A stretch of 64,000 bases of DNA, from assembly GCA_012295275.1 (NCBI GenBank), contig CM022679.1, positions 21,452,001 through 21,516,000 on the forward strand. The letters are read 5' to 3'. Positions 1-13,854 of the stretch are shown piece after piece (the first letter of the stretch is position 1; the number at the start of each line of letters is the position of its first letter). The stretch comes from Chrysomallon squamiferum (Eukaryota; Animalia; Mollusca). The translations under genes and the position numbers were made by a program. The notes under the pieces are model-generated. The model had not been told where the DNA came from, did no database searches, and saw only the letters and a list, made by a program, of their open reading frames with translations.

Positions 1-824
1 TCTGTGTGTCTGGGTTTTTGTGTGTCTGAAATTGGCTTTTAAATTAATTATATAATTGATATTTTAAATGATTGCTAGTTTGTATGTAATTTGTTATATT
101 GTTATCATTTATTTATTTATATTTATATTATTTATTTTACTTTATTAATACATATTTAATTTAATTATTTATTTCTTTATTTTTGAATGTATTTATTTAT
201 TTATTTATATTTATATTATTAATTTGTTTTACCTTATTTAATATATATTTAATTTAATAATTTCGTCCCTTATTTTTAAATTTTTGAATTTATTTATTTA
301 ATTTAATTTGTTTTATTTTTATTTTATTCTTAGAAAGGGTTTGTACAATGACATGTGGATACTTTAAGTATCATTAAACTGTTTTAATTGTTCGTTTTGA
401 TGGATTGCTCAGAATATCTGAAACTGTACAATGCAGCTTTAACTTAGCCTACACCAAGTTGTCTGAACAAACCCTTGACAATTACAACAAAGCAATTCAT
501 CAAAAACAAAACCACCAACATGTCAGAAACAAACAGGAGACTGTATGTATTTGCATCTATCTATATATATATATAAACACAAACACATATACATACATAT
601 ATATACACACACACGTATATATCATTCATGTCCAGACATTGCTCTGAACTGATGAAAATGTTATTTAAACATGTTAGATATTCAGGTTACAAGTCAATGT
701 ACAGGTGCAAGGCAAAGTTTAAAAAAACTAATGGGAATGCAAAGTTTCACTCTCTGCTTTTAAGTAAACATTAATATTTACCTTTCTATCTGGAAACATA
801 CAACATGACCTTCAGTTTCTACCA

Positions 825-1150
825 CTACTACTACTACTACTTCTACTACTACTTCTCTGTACCATTTTATCTACTGCCAGTGATATTACTATTACTACTA
901 CTACTATTACTACTGCTACTATTACTACTGCTACTACTACTACTACTACTACTGCTACTATTACTACTACTACTATTACTACTGCTACTATTACTACTGC
1001 TACTACTACTACTACTACTATTACTACTGCTACTATTACTACTGCTACTACTACTACTACTACTATTACTACTGCTACTATTACTACTGCTACTACTACT
1101 ACTACAATTACCACAGCTCCTCTTGCTGCTACTACTACTACTACCACTGC
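825..1150. repeat. Compound (ACT)n trinucleotide microsatellite with ~45 bp higher-order periodicity
   Basis: Runs of ACT with regularly placed ATT/GCT variants. The minus-strand translation repeats AVVIVAVVIVVVVVV (15 codons). Explains the poly-Leu ORF 805..1383. Confidence 0.92.
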
Positions 1151-1455
1151 TACTCTGTACAGTTACATCTACCAGTGTTACAAGTCTATACGAAGAACAT
1201 CAAACCTTGAGAAGCGTTTATTTTGCTGATGAATGGAAGCCAGGAGATTTCAATGTGTTTATAATTGAGACTGTTCCTAAGCCAAGGGATGATCAGTTTT
1301 CTCTTGTGCATGTTTGTGTTCTGAGGTGGAGAGTTCTGTCAAGTGAGAAAACTCTCTGCAGACTGCAAGTTTTAGCTAGTTAATTATTTAACAGATGTGC
1401 TGATATTTTTAGCCTTGTGTGTGTTGTGTGTGTGTGTGTGTATGTGTGTGTGTGT

Positions 1456-1487
<32 letters not shown>

Positions 1488-1836
1488 CCTTTCTCTAAGA
1501 TTCTGCTTGTCTGATACATGTCTTTGTGGTTAAAAAAAAGCATTCTGATAGTCTTGAATAATCCTGATTTATAGTGCTGTATTCACTGTTGTAGTATTTA
1601 TTTATTTATTTATATATATATATTTTTTTTTCTTCATGTGATTTAGTTGATACTTTATTATATTATTGTAGCGAATAGCAAAAGATAATGATTAATAAAA
1701 ATAGGCAAATATAATGAGAAATAAAGTCACTAAATATCATGATTAATAAAATAGCCAAACATAGTGAATAGAAAAATACCTAATATTTTCGTGGAGTTTA
1801 ATAAATTCATATATATTTGTAGATTTAATAAAACAG

Positions 1837-1867
<31 letters not shown>

Positions 1868-2189
1868 TATAATAATCCACTGAAATACTGTATTGATATA
1901 TTTCTTTGTTTAACGTCCAAGGTTATTTACTGCTGTTTAAAACCAGACAGAATGGTCTGAATGGTGGATTGTGAAGTAGTAATTTAGTGTTTGTGTGGAG
2001 ATGGTATCAGACTGCTACAGTGGTCAGTGGCTACAAAAACCTGGGATTAGTTCACACACAGGAGTCACAATCAGATATCCAGTCCTTTGTATTTCAGTCT
2101 AACAACACGTCAATACACATTTAATATTAATCCATCCATATATATATATATTAATGTATATATGTGTATGTGTAGGTGTGTACATAGGT

Positions 2190-2224
<35 letters not shown>

Positions 2225-2250
2225 ACATACACACACACATATACACAAAG

Positions 2251-2290
<40 letters not shown>

Positions 2291-2989
2291 ATATGTACAT
2301 ACATTGAAATAAATAAGTCATAAATAAATAGACACATAGAGAAGATTATACACTACTGAACTTAATTCAACTCAAATCTCTTTTTTTTTTCTCTTTTTTT
2401 TTTCCAGAGTTTTTTCTGTTTTCATTTTTGTTCTTTGTTTGTTCATTTTACAAGTTTGTATCATGTATCGCATCTTACTGAAAAACAAACCAAAAAAAAA
2501 ATTAAAATTGCAGAAAAGCTTTTTAAAGTTCGCTTTAAATTTAATGTTCAAGACATAAAACATTTTACAATTGTATTTCTGAACTTGAGAAGCAAAAATC
2601 AATTATTTGTTGTTGCTTTTTAATGTCATAAAAGTAACAGATAGCTTCAAGGTTTTGTTATTTTTGTTACCTTTTTATGGGTTTGTTTTAATTTTTTTTC
2701 ATTTTAATTGGAATGTTAGTACTAGTGCATCTGCACTTATCTTGCACATATGAATGCGATCATTGGAAATGTAACTGCAGGATTTTTCAATTGATATTTT
2801 ACAACTGTTTGATAGCAAAACATTTTTTTATTAAATATGTACATATGATAATATGCTTTTTTATAATGAAAATAATGAGAAATATTTTATAATAAATTTG
2901 TTTTATTGCTTTACAATCATGTAGATTTTAAATATTGATATAAAAACAATTTTTACATGTTGGAAATTGGCACAATGGTATTTGTATTG

Positions 2990-3450
2990 AATATTGGTAC
3001 AACTGTGTTTACGTTGCAAACTGGTACAACTGTGTTTATGTTGAATTTTGGTACAACTGTGTCTATGTTGAATTTTGGTACAACTGTGTCTATGTTGAAT
3101 TTTGGTACAACTGTGTCTATGTTGCATACTGGTACAACTGTGTCTATGTTGCATACTGGTACAACTGTGTTTATGTTGCATACTGGTACAACTGTGTTTA
3201 TGTTGCATACTGGTACAACTGTCTTTATGTTCAATACTGGTACAACTGTGTTTACGTTGCATACTGGTACAGCTGTGTTTATGTTGAATACTGGTACAAC
3301 TGTGTTTATGTTGCATACTGGTACAACTGTGTTTATATTGCATACTGGTACAACTGTGTTTATGTTGAATACTGGTACAACTGTGTTTACGTTGCATACT
3401 GGTACAACTGTGTTTATGTTGCATACTGGTACAGCTGTGTTTACGTTGAA
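2990..3450. repeat. 27-bp minisatellite, ~17 copies
   Basis: Unit GGTACAACTGTGTTTATGTTGCATACT, seen as 9-aa repeats in the overlapping ORFs. Degenerate copies extend to ~3720. Confidence 0.95.
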
Positions 3451-3999
3451 TAGTGTATCTATTTACATGTTAATAATACTGTATCCTATTTCACATTTTA
3501 ATGCAACACCTGTTTACCTATAGCTTACAACTATTTATTGTGTTCAACATGTTCACTAGATCATCTGATGTTTTGTACTGGTACTGACAACTTACTTAAT
3601 GTGGCACACAACACATGTTACAAGATGTTCCATGTAGTAGGTACTAAATACATATTTACCTGTTTGCTAAACTATCAGATGTTTTGTATCGATACTACAC
3701 ACTCAGTACTGGTACAACTGTACTAACTACACACAACCTTGTGCACTATTGATACCAGAACATACCACCAGTATGTTGTTGATTTTTTATATAAAGAAGG
3801 TGAAAAAATGTGTGATTAATTGGTGTCAGAGTTAAGGTGAGAGGAGGTATCAAATAACTGTTGTATGTCATCTTGTCAGTGAGTTATGATGTCACACTCT
3901 GTCACTTGCATCAGCGATCACACGTTTTACATCATGTGTACACCGAGTGTTTACAGCACTCTCGCGGTTTCCTTCTTTGATTCTGGTTTTTCTTCTTAT

Positions 4000-4340
4000 T
4001 TCTGTCTTACTTGGGTTTGGTTCTGGTTCAGTTTGGTTTCTTGTTTGATTCTTGTTAGATTTTGTTTCATGATCCATTTAGATTCATATTTGATTCATCT
4101 TTCGTATTCGATTTTTTTTTTTTTTTAGTTTTGTTATTCTGTTTCATGTTTGATTCTGGTTAGATTTTTTTTCATATTTCATTCTGTTTCATGTTTAATT
4201 TTCTTTCACATTTGATTCTGTTTCATGTTTTATTTTGTTGCATGTTTGATTGTGATTTGGCTCTTGGTTTTTTTGTTTTTTTTTTTGGTTTTTCCATCCT
4301 GATTTTATTAAATTGAATTTTTTATTCCGTTTCATGTTTG
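4000..4340. repeat. Decayed tandem repeat with TTGATTCTGTTTCATGT-like motif
   Basis: Recurring ATTCTGTTTCATGTTT / TTGATTCT words at ~4136, 4181, 4213, 4324. Confidence 0.55.
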
Positions 4341-4965
4341 ACAGTTTAACAATAATCAATTTAAACCAGAAATATTTATTTATTGATATCTTTAACCTAA
4401 CTGCATACTTGAATTTCATTTAAAAACCTCAGAAAAATGCTTTATGAGAGTTTACTAAGACACAACTCATACTTAAAATCAGATATTTTCTGAGTAAACG
4501 AAAGAAATGCAGGAGCTTTGTACAAGCAAGCTAATTATTTTCCATAGCTTCAAGTGCAGTCTCCAGTTTAATTCAATGCTCACAAAATATAATGCTGCAA
4601 GGTTAGCTCACATTTTCCTATTCCATAATAATCACATTATTACTGCTGAGGTTGAAACCGCTGTAAATTTGGAGAAAATGATAAATTAACTTAATAAATT
4701 AAGTTCATGTGTTGATCACTCACCCCCACACACACACACAAGCTGTATCCTTTCTCCATTGGTAATGTGAAAACATAATGACTTATTAACCCAGTGGTTT
4801 GAACAGCTTATTAATGCCTGTCAGCTTTAACACTCTTTAGCAAAAAAAAGAAGAAAAAGGAACAAAAAAAAAATATTCATTTTAATAAAAATTAGAATCT
4901 GCTGTTACATGGTCAAATGATTTAGGACTTTATTGCAAATCTGTGTGAAAATATCACTGCTACTA

Positions 4966-6240
4966 TCATCATCAAGAGATTTAAAATCTACAGACACCAG
5001 GACAAGATTTAAAATCTACAGTCAACATCAAAATATTTAAAATCTACAGTCATCATAAAAGATTTAAAATCCACAGTCATTATCAAAATATTTAAAGTCT
5101 ACAATCACCAGGAAGAGATTTAAAATCTACAGTCACCATCTAGAAATTTAAAATCTACAGTCATCAGGAAGATATTTAAAATCTACAGCCATCATCAAGA
5201 AATTTAAAATCTACAGTCTCCATCAAGAAATTTAAAATCTACAGTCATCATCAAGAAATTTAAAATCTACAGTCTCCATCAAGAGATTTAAAAGCTACAG
5301 TCACCATCAAGGGGTTTAAAATCTTCAGTCACCAGGAAGAAATTTAAAATCTAAAGTCACCAGGAAGAGATTTAAAATCTAAAGTCACCAGGAAGAGGTT
5401 TAAAATCTACAGTCTCCATCATAAGATTTAAAATGTACAGTCATCATCAAGGGGTTTAAAATCTACAGTCTCCATCATAAGATTTAAAATGTACAGTCAT
5501 CATCAAGAGGTTTAAAATCTACAGTCTCCATCATAAGATTTAAAATGTACAGTCATCATCAAGGGGTTTAAAATCTACAGTCTCCATCATAAGATTTAAA
5601 ATGTACAGTCATCATCAAGGGGTTTAAAATCTACAGTCTCCATCATAAGATTTAAAATCTACAGTCATCATCAAGGGGTTTAAAATCTAAAGTCACCAGG
5701 AAGAGATTTAAAATCTACAGTCAACATCAAGAGATTTAAAATCTACAGTCACCAAGAAGAGATTTAAAATCTACAGTCAACATCAAGAGATTTAAAATCT
5801 ACAGTCACCAGGAAGAGATTTAAAATCTACAGACATCATCAAGAGGTTTAAAATCTACAGTCAACATCAAGAGATTTAAAATCTACAGTCATCATCAAGA
5901 GATTTAAAATCTACAGTCACCAGGAAGAGATATAAAATCTACAGTCATCATCAAGAGATTTAAAATCTACAGACATCATCAAGATGTTTAAAATCTACAG
6001 TCACCAGGAAGAGATATAAAATCTACAGTCATCATCAAGAGATTTAAAATCTACAGTCATCATCAAGAGATTTAAAATCTACAGTCACCAGGAAGAGATA
6101 TAAAATCTACAGTCATCATCAAGAGGTTTAAAATCTACAGACATCATCAAGAGGTTTAAAATCTACAGTCACCAGGAAGAGATATAAAATCTACAGTCAT
6201 CATCAAGAGATTTAAAATCTACAGTCATCAGGAAAAGATT
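4966..6240. repeat. 28-bp minisatellite, ~45 copies, with 56-bp and 84-bp higher-order repeats
   Basis: Unit GATTTAAAATCTACAGTCATCATCAAGA. The ATGTACAG variant recurs at 5433/5489/5545/5601 (56 bp) and the TATAAAA variant at 5931/6015/6099/6183 (84 bp). Confidence 0.97.
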
Positions 6241-7657
6241 CTGAAACAAAAATGTCTGGACCAGATCACTGCTATTAGATTTTCCTTCCATCAAACAGCA
6301 AAACACTATTTGTTTTAATTTTCACACCATTAGCAGACTGACACCAGCAGTCAGGAGTCAGGCCACAAAGCACAGCACTGCAGCATGTCCACGGCTTTGA
6401 ACAGTCAGATACCAGTCCTGACGTGACCCTCACACCAGGGTGGAATTTCAGTGCACGCTAACAATCAGTCACCACAGTTCAGATGCTGCACACATCTGTC
6501 TGAACACAGCATGGATGTGCCAGGGTAAGAAACAATGGCCAGACTCACCCACAGACTTTATTCCATTACCACCAGGATGTTTTGTTCCATTACTGCCAGG
6601 CTGTTTTGTTCTGTGTATAATCATCTGATTGATTTCTTTCTTCTCTGCAAACAGTCAACAGTTACTGTGGTGGTGATCACAACAGCTACTTGATATTTGA
6701 CTGCTACTAAACCAGTCTCCAGAGTCGCTTGTGTTAGTCTGTTTCATTGGTGTTTTAAAAATCAGGATTCTTAATTTTGTTAGATTATTGTTTTCAGTGC
6801 CAATATTTCTATTTCTTTCTTTGAATATTTCATTTTTTGAGATGTTAAACATCAATTAACTATTAGCATTAACTATTAATATTATATATAGCATTCAGGT
6901 GTTGTTAAACAAATATTAATATTTATTCATTTATTCACATATCAGTTCATCATTCACTGGCAAATATCATATGACTTATTCACTAACATTATGTTATTCA
7001 TCGTCAAATATTGTTTCATTTTATTTACTTGAAAACAATTCAGTCACTGACTACATGTTAATAATTTCATTCACCAACAGTTCATTTCCCCCCACCTTCC
7101 CCCCCAGTTTGCTGTGATATCACATGACTTAAAGCAACAATAAAACACTGGAAAGATGTCTGCTTTGACAGATAGGATAATCTAATGTTTATCAAAAACT
7201 GCTCTATTTTAAAATCCATTATCAATACAAAAATAGCAAATCTGTGTTTTAAAATACAAGCAGGGTTTTCTACCTTAGCTTGTTTTCTGAATGTCTCTGT
7301 GAAGATAGGTCACATTCGTTGAAATCTTAGTCTGAAAAAAAATAAACAAGAAGTGTTCAATCTGAATATCTACATTAAAAATATAAAAATAGTTCAGATG
7401 TTGATTGAGATCTAAGTTTTTAAGAATAACAAACAGTGTTTTCAGTTTAAAAATACATACTAGGCTGTAATTTAACTTGTTTTCTGAATATCTGTATAAA
7501 ATAAATTCTGAGCAACCCTTTGTTCAACCATGTGAAACAGTCTTACATCAGCTGAAGGTTCATGCACATGTATCATGGGCTCATAGTGTTCTGATTCAGA
7601 GATAATCTGTCACATCAACAAAATTTCTCTTTACCCAGTGTAATGAACTAATGTGAC

Positions 7658-7662
<5 letters not shown>

Positions 7663-7740
<78 letters not shown>
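7663..7740. repeat. (CT)n microsatellite
   Basis: Perfect TC dinucleotide run. Confidence 0.97.
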
Positions 7741-7742
<2 letters not shown>

Positions 7743-8019
7743 ATGTGTTGATGGTGATTATACTATATTGCTGCTGTGAAAGATTTAGGGATCATTACAG
7801 TGCAAAAAATAAAACATCATTTTTAAAAGTTTCTAATTACAGTAATTTGCACTAACTCAGTAACCTGTGAATTATGTATTGTCATTTATTGTTTGTTTTG
7901 TTAGATTTCCCTGAGAAAACTGAGGACTTAGTTTTCTTTTCTCTCTTAGTAGACTGGTTTGAAAACAGACAAGGTGTGATTTTCTTACACGTTACAAACT
8001 TTGGTTAAGAGTGTGTAGC

Positions 8020-8093
8020 CATCTTGTGTCAGGAGGCAGTTCCGATATGTAGTAGTCTGGAGAATAACTGCTTAACCACTGCCCCACCAAGCT
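8020..8093 (-). mobile_element. Possible degenerate tRNA-derived SINE head
   Basis: Minus strand reads GGTGGGGCAGTGGTTAAGC, an A-box-like tRNA head. The B box is not convincingly preserved. Family similarity is recalled, not verified. Confidence 0.28.
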
Positions 8094-9894
8094 TTGTGTC
8101 TTAACCCCAGCTGTGAGCTGCTACCTATCTGCAAACCTTTGATAATGTGAACACAGGCTTATCTCAAGTTCCCCTCACAGCTACAAGAATCACTGCTGTT
8201 TGCACTGAATCTTCAACCCCACTTCTAGTTTCTTTCGTGTTTGTTTTATCACGATAAGTGGCCCAATAACTTACACAGAAGCACCACCCCATTTACTGTT
8301 TTCAGAGCCTGTTTAATTACCTTTGCAGCAAGTCACAGAACATTTTTATTCTTTTTTTTTTTTTTTTTCTTATTTTTTTGTGTTTTATGATGCCTAGAGT
8401 GTGTTTAATACTTTACAGCTTGTGAGACTGGAAGAGTACAAGATACTTCAGTTTTTATGTTAATTTTATTATTTATTGTTTTTAACTCTTTTTTTTTTTT
8501 TTTTTTTTGATCATGATATTGATTTAAATATTTTTTTTTTTTTTGATAGGAAGCAGTGTCTTGTTGCTTAGTAAAATATTGTTTTTTAACTGTTGTTGTG
8601 TTGATTTTATTTCTGACAGATTTCATTATGTTATGCTAATTATGTTGAATAAATGTTTATGTGAGTATTTCTTTTTATTTGTCTTGTATGTCATGTCAGT
8701 GTCTTTCTTTTTTCTTTCCCTATCTTTTTTTCTGTCTTTCTCTTTCTTTTTCTGTCTTCTTTTTTCCCTTTTCTTTCTCATTCTCTCTCTCTGTAAATTT
8801 ATTTACTATATTTGTATTCTTAATTAAAAATTAAATTATAAATTATTTTTAGAACAAAATTAAATAAAACATTTATCTGATTCATATTTGTTTTGTGTAT
8901 AGATGTAACTTAATATTTCAGAATGCACATAGATACATAAATAAATATATGCAAACATGTAAATGGATATAAACAAAACAGATATATAATATGCAGATAC
9001 ATATCAACAGATACTCAATATACACACACATGAAAAAAACACAGTGCAGCCATACATAAACAAACATTATACACATATACACATAAATACAGATATAGCC
9101 AGACAAGTACATACACACTAACACAAATATATATGCTTACATACACATACATGTACATCTTTTCATACACAAACACACACAACAAACTGTACCCTACATA
9201 TCACACAAATACACACATTGACAACATAAATTATACACACACACATACACAATCATTTGAAATTATACAAACACATATCTCTCTATACATGCACACAAAC
9301 ACACACATACACACACACACACAATCATTACAAATTATACTTTACACATATCTCTCTATACGTGCACACACACACACACACTTTGTCAACACTCTGTATT
9401 TTCTCAGACTTGTGAGGTTTGTTGATAGTAATAACAACAGAACGACTTGCTTTCATGCCTCTCTCCATTTCATTTGAACATTTCTTTTTACTACAAAATA
9501 CCTTCGTCCAAATATCTAATCAACAGTTGGCATTTGCTTTGTGAACATCAGAAAGCTGTTTACCTACTGGAATAATTTCAACAGATACATGTATTCAGTA
9601 TATGGATTAGCATAGGGGTATTATCAGAGTTTTCTGTGTAGATTAAACTGTACTGGTGTTTGGGGGGGGGTATTGTCAGTATTTTGTGTGTAGATTAAAC
9701 TCTACTGGTGTGAGGGGATACTGAGTCTACTTGTTATTGGACTGTTAACATTCCTCTTTATGTACCCTCTATTTCCCTCTCCACCAGTTATTACATTTTT
9801 TGTTGAAGACTTTGTGTCACTTTGGACTGTAGTGTTTATTTCTCAAGGTTTTTTTTAACATGGGGTTTAAAGGGATACATTCTGGTTTCTTTTG

Positions 9895-10600
9895 CTTTAT
9901 TCATCAAATAGTGTCTTAATTTTTGTAACAAGGGTTACATTGGTTCATGCCTTTATTCATCAAATAGTGACTTTGTATTTAAGATGAGATTATGCTGTGG
10001 TGTTGCATTTCATCAAGTTGTGATTTAATGTAATAAGTGGATATTTTGTTTATTACAACTGGTTATTAAATATTTGTTGCATGGGGTTAAATAATGTAAT
10101 ACATTTCATCAAGTAGTGATTTAGTATTTGTTACAAGGTGTTACATTTTGTAATACATTTCATCAAGTAGTGATTTAGTATTTGTTACAAGGTGTTACAT
10201 TTTGTAATACATTTCATCAAGTAGTGATTTTGTATTTGTTACAAGGTGTTACATTTTGTAATACATTTCATCAAGTAGTGATTTAGTATTTGTTACAAGG
10301 TGTTACATTTTGTAATACATTTCATCAAGTAGTGATTTAGTATTTGTTACAAGGTGTTACATTTTGTAATATATTTCATCAAGTAGTGACTTAACATTTC
10401 TTATAAAGGGAAACTTTCTTATATTTGGTTAATTCATCAAGTGATCATTTAATATTTGATGCAATGGTTTACAGCGGGACATTTCATTTATTCATCAACT
10501 AGTGACTTAGTGTTTGTTACAAGGAGTTACAAGTTTGTATTGCATTTTATCAAGAAATCCTTAAAGGGATAATGTTTGTTTTTTTATCAAGAAGTCATTA
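9895..10600. repeat. 54-bp minisatellite (5 near-perfect copies at ~10096-10390) with decayed flanking copies
   Basis: Unit TAATACATTTCATCAAGTAGTGATTTAGTATTTGTTACAAGGTGTTACATTTTG, with ACATTTCATC at 10101, 10155, 10209. TCATCAA-like cores continue on both sides. Confidence 0.93.
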
Positions 10601-12220
10601 AATATTTATATATATATATATGTGTGTGTGTGATACCTATAGCAATGAGTATTACTGGGACAACATATTTATCATCCATTGCTTTGATATTATGTAAATA
10701 TATCTATATCTATATTTCATATCTGAGACAAGGAATAACATGGTGGTAATGTCTCATTAGATATGTATTTAATGTAAACCCAGCAATGCATTTACTCAGG
10801 GTTTTTTTTCTTCTGAGGAGTCCCATAGAATACTGTGTTTATCTCTCCGCTGGTAACCTGATGTAGGGCGGGGCCACAATGGGGTCCTGTGTTTGTTTGT
10901 CATATGATATTCAGCTGTAGAGACACATAAAATACGAGTTTATCTGAGACCATGTGATTGGTTTTATCTGTTTGGTTGGCTGTTCAAGTGTTTGATTCAG
11001 GCAGAACTGAAGAGAAAAATTTGTTTTCACTCCAAGCACATTCTAGCACCTTCTTTGAAGTCATTTTTCACTTTTATTATTATTTATTACTTGTTTGGAA
11101 AAATTTTGTTTATTTGGTTATTTATTTGTTTGTTTGTTCTTTTTGTTTATTTATTTATTTGGTTTTTTGTTTATTTATTATTATTATTATTATTTATTAT
11201 TATTATTATTATTATTTGGTTTCTTTCTTTATTTATTTATAATTTTTATTTATGTATATTTTTATTTATTTTCATTATTTTAATTTATTTTTTCTATTGC
11301 TAGTTAATTTTGGTTGAGCTAGAACTTAGGCAAGGATGGTTTTATTTATTTTGCTTGACACGAAAAAATAACCTTTAAAACTGGTTTATTTTTTAAAACT
11401 GTTTTTCTTCATATACAATTTCAATTATTTACTAAGCCTTTACCAGAACTTTATTAGCAGCTTGTAAATTTAATTATTCTTTTCACTGACAAACAAGTAA
11501 ATGAATACCTCAATGCATAAATCAAAAATCCATTCAGTTTCATTATTCTCGTCTTTATTGCGCTTTAAATTAATGTCTAGAAGACTTGACGAGCATTAAA
11601 AATCCATTAAATTTTATTTTATTTTTATCATCACGCCAGTACAGATGAACAGGTCAATGATTAAATGATCATTAAAATCCATTCAGTTTCATTTTATTCT
11701 TTTTGTCTCTCAGTATGAATCAGTACCTCGATGAATAAACAAGAACACAATGAATAAAAACAGACTGCCATTTTTTTTTGTACACTAACGACACCCTGCA
11801 TCTGTCCTCGAATTATAAACAAGACGATGACAAGGTATTTGCTGTTGTGTATGCTTGGATGCAGCAACACGAGGTTAGCCAGGACACTGACAGTGTTGTG
11901 GATGCCGATGATGGGGTTTTTTTTCCGTTTACTTGACGAATTGTAAAGTCAATTATCACAGCCCCAGTGGTTTCTCGGTAAAAAGCAGATTGTTTCATTC
12001 CTGCTTCATTGCTTTTTATGGCATTCAATTGCTGCCATGTTTTTTTGTTTTTTTCACACATCAATGCCTTTGTAGAGTTGTACATTAAGAAAAAAAAAAA
12101 ATGAAAATACAGACAAAAGAAGGCAGCACGAACTACAGGAAAAGAAATTTAGATAAAATAACAGTAGAGAATAATAAAATTTTCAATAATAATAATAATA
12201 ATTCAGCTTGTGCAACATGG

Positions 12221-12251
<31 letters not shown>

Positions 12252-12960
12252 CTTTTTCCCAAAATTATAAAAACACTCCAAACACAATAACATTGATTAT
12301 AGGGAATATTTTTTATATATTGTGTTCAGTTTGTAATTGTATTGACTTTATAAGTGTATTGTAACTATATTCATTTGATAATATTATTTATATTCTAACT
12401 GTACTATTATTCTTTGCATTTTGTAAATGTATTAATATTGCAGTTGTAATGTGATATCAGTTTTGTTATTGTATTCATTTTGTAATTGTATTAATACTGA
12501 AATATATTGTGTGGTAGGTATACTATGATTATATTATTTTTCAAATTCAGAGCTGTTGTACTTGCAAATGTATTGATATCATAAAATTATAGCAATTTTA
12601 TTGTTTATAAGTAAATTATATTGTACAGCAGTTGTAATCAATCATCTTGTAATTGTATTGATATTGATATTGTAATTGTACTGTAATTACAATTCTGCTG
12701 TATTGTTTGGTACATTTATGCATTTGTTGGAAACTCTTTTGGTGCATTAAATTCAGCTTCATGCATAGACTCATTATTTTCTCACCTGTCCCACCATATC
12801 TAATTCTGAACTGTTTACTAAAAACAATGGTATGTGCTGTCATGCTTATGGAAACTATTTTTATTTTAATCAATTTAATTTTATTTTTTAATTTAATTTC
12901 AATTATTCTGAAATTATTTTTAAGCTTTGATAAGAAATTACTCAGTAACTACACTGACAA

Positions 12961-13020
12961 GGATTGATCTCACATGCTGTCTCACTTCAGGCGTGTTCTC
13001 TAACCACTGAGCCACAGCCA
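12961..13020 (-). mobile_element. tRNA-derived SINE 5' head fragment
   Basis: Minus strand TGGCTGTGGCTCAGTGGTTAGAG...GAGATCAATCC. Canonical Pol III A box TGGCTCAGTGG (13004-13014) and a degenerate B box at tRNA-like spacing, with no acceptor stem. Confidence 0.6.
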
Positions 13021-13384
13021 CACAAAAGTACAAAATCCAGAAAATCTGGTTAAACAAAGATGTCTGTAAAAGACATAGAAACACAATTGCCAGACAGAAA
13101 TCTTCTTTTTTCCCAGATCTGTTCTTACAAAAGACATGAAAATGACTTGGCAGCATGAAGCAAATCTTCTCTTTCTTCTTCTTCTTTCTCTTTCCGTGCT
13201 AATCAGCTTTGGCGATGCAGACAGGCCTCTCTGTTTTAGACACACAGAATACCAGGAGCTGAGGCTGTCCACTGGCAGAAGTGTACAGTCATTTGTTAGA
13301 AAAACATCTGTTTGTAGAGCGGTTTATCCTGCTATTGTTATTGTCAAAATACGCTTTGTTATATTTTTATGATTTATATGTCTT

Positions 13385-13620
13385 TACTAAAAATGTTAAA
13401 ATATACTTTGTTTTTATTCTGAGATATATTTCTGTACTAAATATTTTAAAATATACTTTGTTATTTTTCTGAGATATATTTCTATACTGAAAATATATAA
13501 AATGCACTGTTATTCTTTTAAAAAATATTTCTGCACAGAAAAATTGTAAATTATACTTTGTTGTTCTTTTAAAATATATTTCTATACTGAAATTTATATC
13601 TATATAATTTTCAAAATACA
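13385..13620. repeat. Decayed ~50-bp tandem repeat
   Basis: Repeated AAATATACTTTGTT...GAGATATATTTCTATACTGAAA blocks. Confidence 0.7.
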
Positions 13621-13854
13621 TACATACATACACACTTTCTCTCTTTATCTCTCTCATTCTCACTTTCTTTCTTATTCTTTCTCATATTACACACATAATT
13701 AATCAATTTCTATTTAAAATACTTTTAATTACACCTGCATATCTGATAACAGGTGCACAAGCCAGGTACGACAGTAGCACATCATACCTGCGTATTTGCT
13801 TAGCAAGGCAGCCGGTTTACCTGTGAGAAAATCAATGGAGCTGCTTAATATGAA

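Noticed and set aside
805-1383. 192-aa ORF with poly-Leu and a protein-like tail (SLYEEHQTLRSVYFADEWKPGDF...)
   Set aside because: It is mostly an (ACT)n translation. The tail matches no domain I recognise and has no clear donor site.
2903-3523. Repeat-protein-like ORFs (HSCTSMQHK / TGTTVFMLH repeats) on both strands
   Set aside because: A 27-bp unit without stops is open in several frames by arithmetic. There is no signal peptide or supporting gene structure.
4966-6240. CRISPR-like look (constant core plus variable segment)
   Set aside because: The variable parts are ~14 bp, related to each other and recurrent. There are no cas genes and the context is eukaryotic. The same applies to the 20.5 kb array.
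7275-7335. Minus-strand peptide TYLHRDIQK resembling a kinase HRD motif, next to splice-like signals
   Set aside because: An in-frame stop follows before the donor-like site, the flanking kinase residues are absent, and the segment is part of a degenerate local duplication.
12961-13020. Possible tRNA gene
   Set aside because: Only the A box is intact. There is no cloverleaf or acceptor stem, so it is better explained as a SINE head.
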